From Hypanus sabinus (taxonomy: Eukaryota): a DNA stretch of 64,000 bases. Positions within the stretch are counted from its first letter, which is position 1. Every line of letters begins with the position of its first letter. A program made the position numbers and the translations under genes. The stretch is from NCBI RefSeq assembly GCF_030144855.1, contig NC_082728.1:32674001-32738000 (forward strand), written 5' to 3'. The notes under the pieces were generated by a model. The model ran no database searches and was not told the DNA's origin. It saw nothing but the letters and a program-made list of their open reading frames with translations. Below, in pieces: positions 62,228 to 64,000 of this stretch.

Positions 62228-62429
62228 TCCCTAATAACATTGTGGGTATACCCACCTGTTATAGATAGCAACTGCTCAAGAAGGCAGCTCACCACCACCT
62301 TCTCAAGGGCAACTAAGTGTTGGCTCAACCTGCAAAGCCCACATTCCTTGAATATATATATTCTTGTGATGTGCATTTCTATGTCTGGCTCATATGGAAA
62401 GATGAAGTGATAGATAGGACCTACAGGGA

Positions 62430-63660
62430 GGCTGTCACCATTAGGTTTCAGGAGATAGGTAACTGTATGACTGTCAGGAAGGAAGGGAAATGCACAACCA
62501 GTGCGGAGTATTCCTGTGGCCATTCTCCTCATTAATAATAAGTATACTGCTTTAGATACTGTTCAGGGGTTGACCTACATGGTGGGGAAGCCACAATCTC
62601 TGGCACTGAGTATGGGGTTATGGCTCCGGAGAGGAGAGGTGAAGATCACTGCAGTGGCGATAGAAGACTCCATAGTCAGAGAAACAGAAATGAGATTCTG
62701 TGGGAATGATGGAGACACCTGGATGGTCTACTGCATCTCAGTTGCCAGGGTCTGATATGCCCATGGCATTCTGAAGGGGGAGAGTGAGCAGACAAAAGTC
62801 TCGGTACATGTTGGCACCAATGACATAGGTAGAAAAGGTGAGGAAGTCTTGAAGAAAGATTTTAGGCAGCCAACTAAAAAGCGGAAAACAAGACCTTCAA
62901 GGTAGTAATCTCTGGATTGCTGCCCATGCCATGTGCCAATGAGGATAAGAATGGAACAACTTGGCAGGTGAATGTGCAGGTGACAAACAGATGCAGGGGA
63001 TGGGGTGGGGGGGGGGGTTCAGATTTATAGATCTTTGGGACCTCCTCTGGGGAAGTAATAACCTGAACAAAAGGGTCAGGTGTCAACTAAACCTAAGGGG
63101 GGACCAATATCCTTGTGGGTAGGTTTGCTGGAGTTCTGGAAAGTTTAAACTGATTTGGCAAGGGGATGGGAACTGGAGTGATAGTGCTGAGGATGAGGTA
63201 GTTGGTTTACAGAGAGAGGTAGCGTGTAGTGAAACTCCTAGCAAGGAGACACTGTTGATAGGGCAAAATTGCAGTCAACAAGATGAGTTGCAATATAAAA
63301 GGTAGACAAAATTGAAAAGGGTGAATACAAGACTGAAGATGTTATATTTAAATGTGTGCAGGAATAAGATAAATGAATAAATGAATCAACGGAATAAGAT
63401 AAATGATCTTGCAGATTGGCATGTATAACAACATAGGCATCACTAAATCGTGGCTGAAAGATTGTAGCTGGGAGCTTAACATCCAAGAATACACATTGTA
63501 TCAAAGGACAGGCAGGTACATGGAGAGGGTGCATGGCAGTGGTGGTAAAAATGAAATCAAATGATTAGAAAGAGGTGACATAAGGTCAGATGATGTTGAA
63601 ACATTGTGGGAGAGCTAGGGAACTGCAAGCATGAAAAGACCCTGATGAGATTGCTTTTAA
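62430..63660 (+). mobile_element. CR1 ORF1 esterase and start of ORF2, degenerate
   Basis: IEDSIVRETEMRFCG and VHVGTNDIGRKG; the endonuclease start lies near 63330-63600. Confidence 0.85.
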
Positions 63661-64000
63661 TTCAAAGCAAGAGGCAGAGCGTGAAGTAGTAAAGGCATCT
63701 CGAAGTGAAGCCATTTTTTTTAAAAACAGATCGGGGAAAAGAGCCTAGACTGCGCAGGCGCGTGACATAGTGCGCCAAAACTTTTTTAAAAAGACTGCTA
63801 TATCCATCGTCGGAGTGGACTGAGTCAGAGTGGGACAGCTTTGGCTCAACAGGCTTCAGTGTGAACAGGCAGAGGTGAGGGTAGGTTCCGGTAAGTTTTG
63901 TTTATTTAGAGTAGAGAGAACGCCAGGCAGGATGTTGGAATGCTTCTCTTGCATGACTTGGGAAGTCAGGGAGACCTTCGGTGCCCCTGACAATGACACC
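63660..64000 (+). mobile_element. 5' end of another CR1 (5' UTR and ORF1 start); runs off the right edge
   Basis: GC-rich UTR with an NRF1-like TGCGCAGGCGC, then MLECFSCMTWEVRETFGAPD, the ORF1 zinc-finger start (cf. 1982-2305). Confidence 0.75.

Overview
Vertebrate nuclear DNA. The repeat content (esterase-bearing CR1, Rex1/Babar, Penelope, Gypsy LTR, hAT, Tc1, a tRNA/V-type SINE) points to a cartilaginous fish, probably a ray; this is inference. Most of the window is decayed or nested transposons. I can build only one host gene, a 4-exon minus-strand type I membrane protein: join 60124-60190, 56690-57040, 51176-51318, 49818-49919, giving 220 aa. It has a signal peptide, a V/J-type Ig domain, a short Cys-rich stalk, a TM helix and a cytoplasmic SVYEDM motif. 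All three junctions are GT-AG and in phase. It looks like CD7, but its Ig domain also has the extra C'-D cysteine pair and D-F strand sequence of CD28/CTLA4, without MYPPPY. Other highlights: a dense ETS/RUNX/MYB/TCF motif cluster about 17.5 kb downstream of the gene (candidate T-cell enhancer); a five-layer nest of retroelements with verifiable TSDs (4.0-18.6 kb); an RT/IN-less LTR element with an unexplained 304-codon ORF and a templated inverted copy of its own LTR inside gag; a Gypsy element whose two LTRs were both broken by LINEs at nearly the same site; and short Penelope-derived elements with degenerate minimal hammerhead ribozymes, some of them fold-backs. No prokaryotic features and no CRISPR. 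All coordinates, alignments and counts were done by hand.
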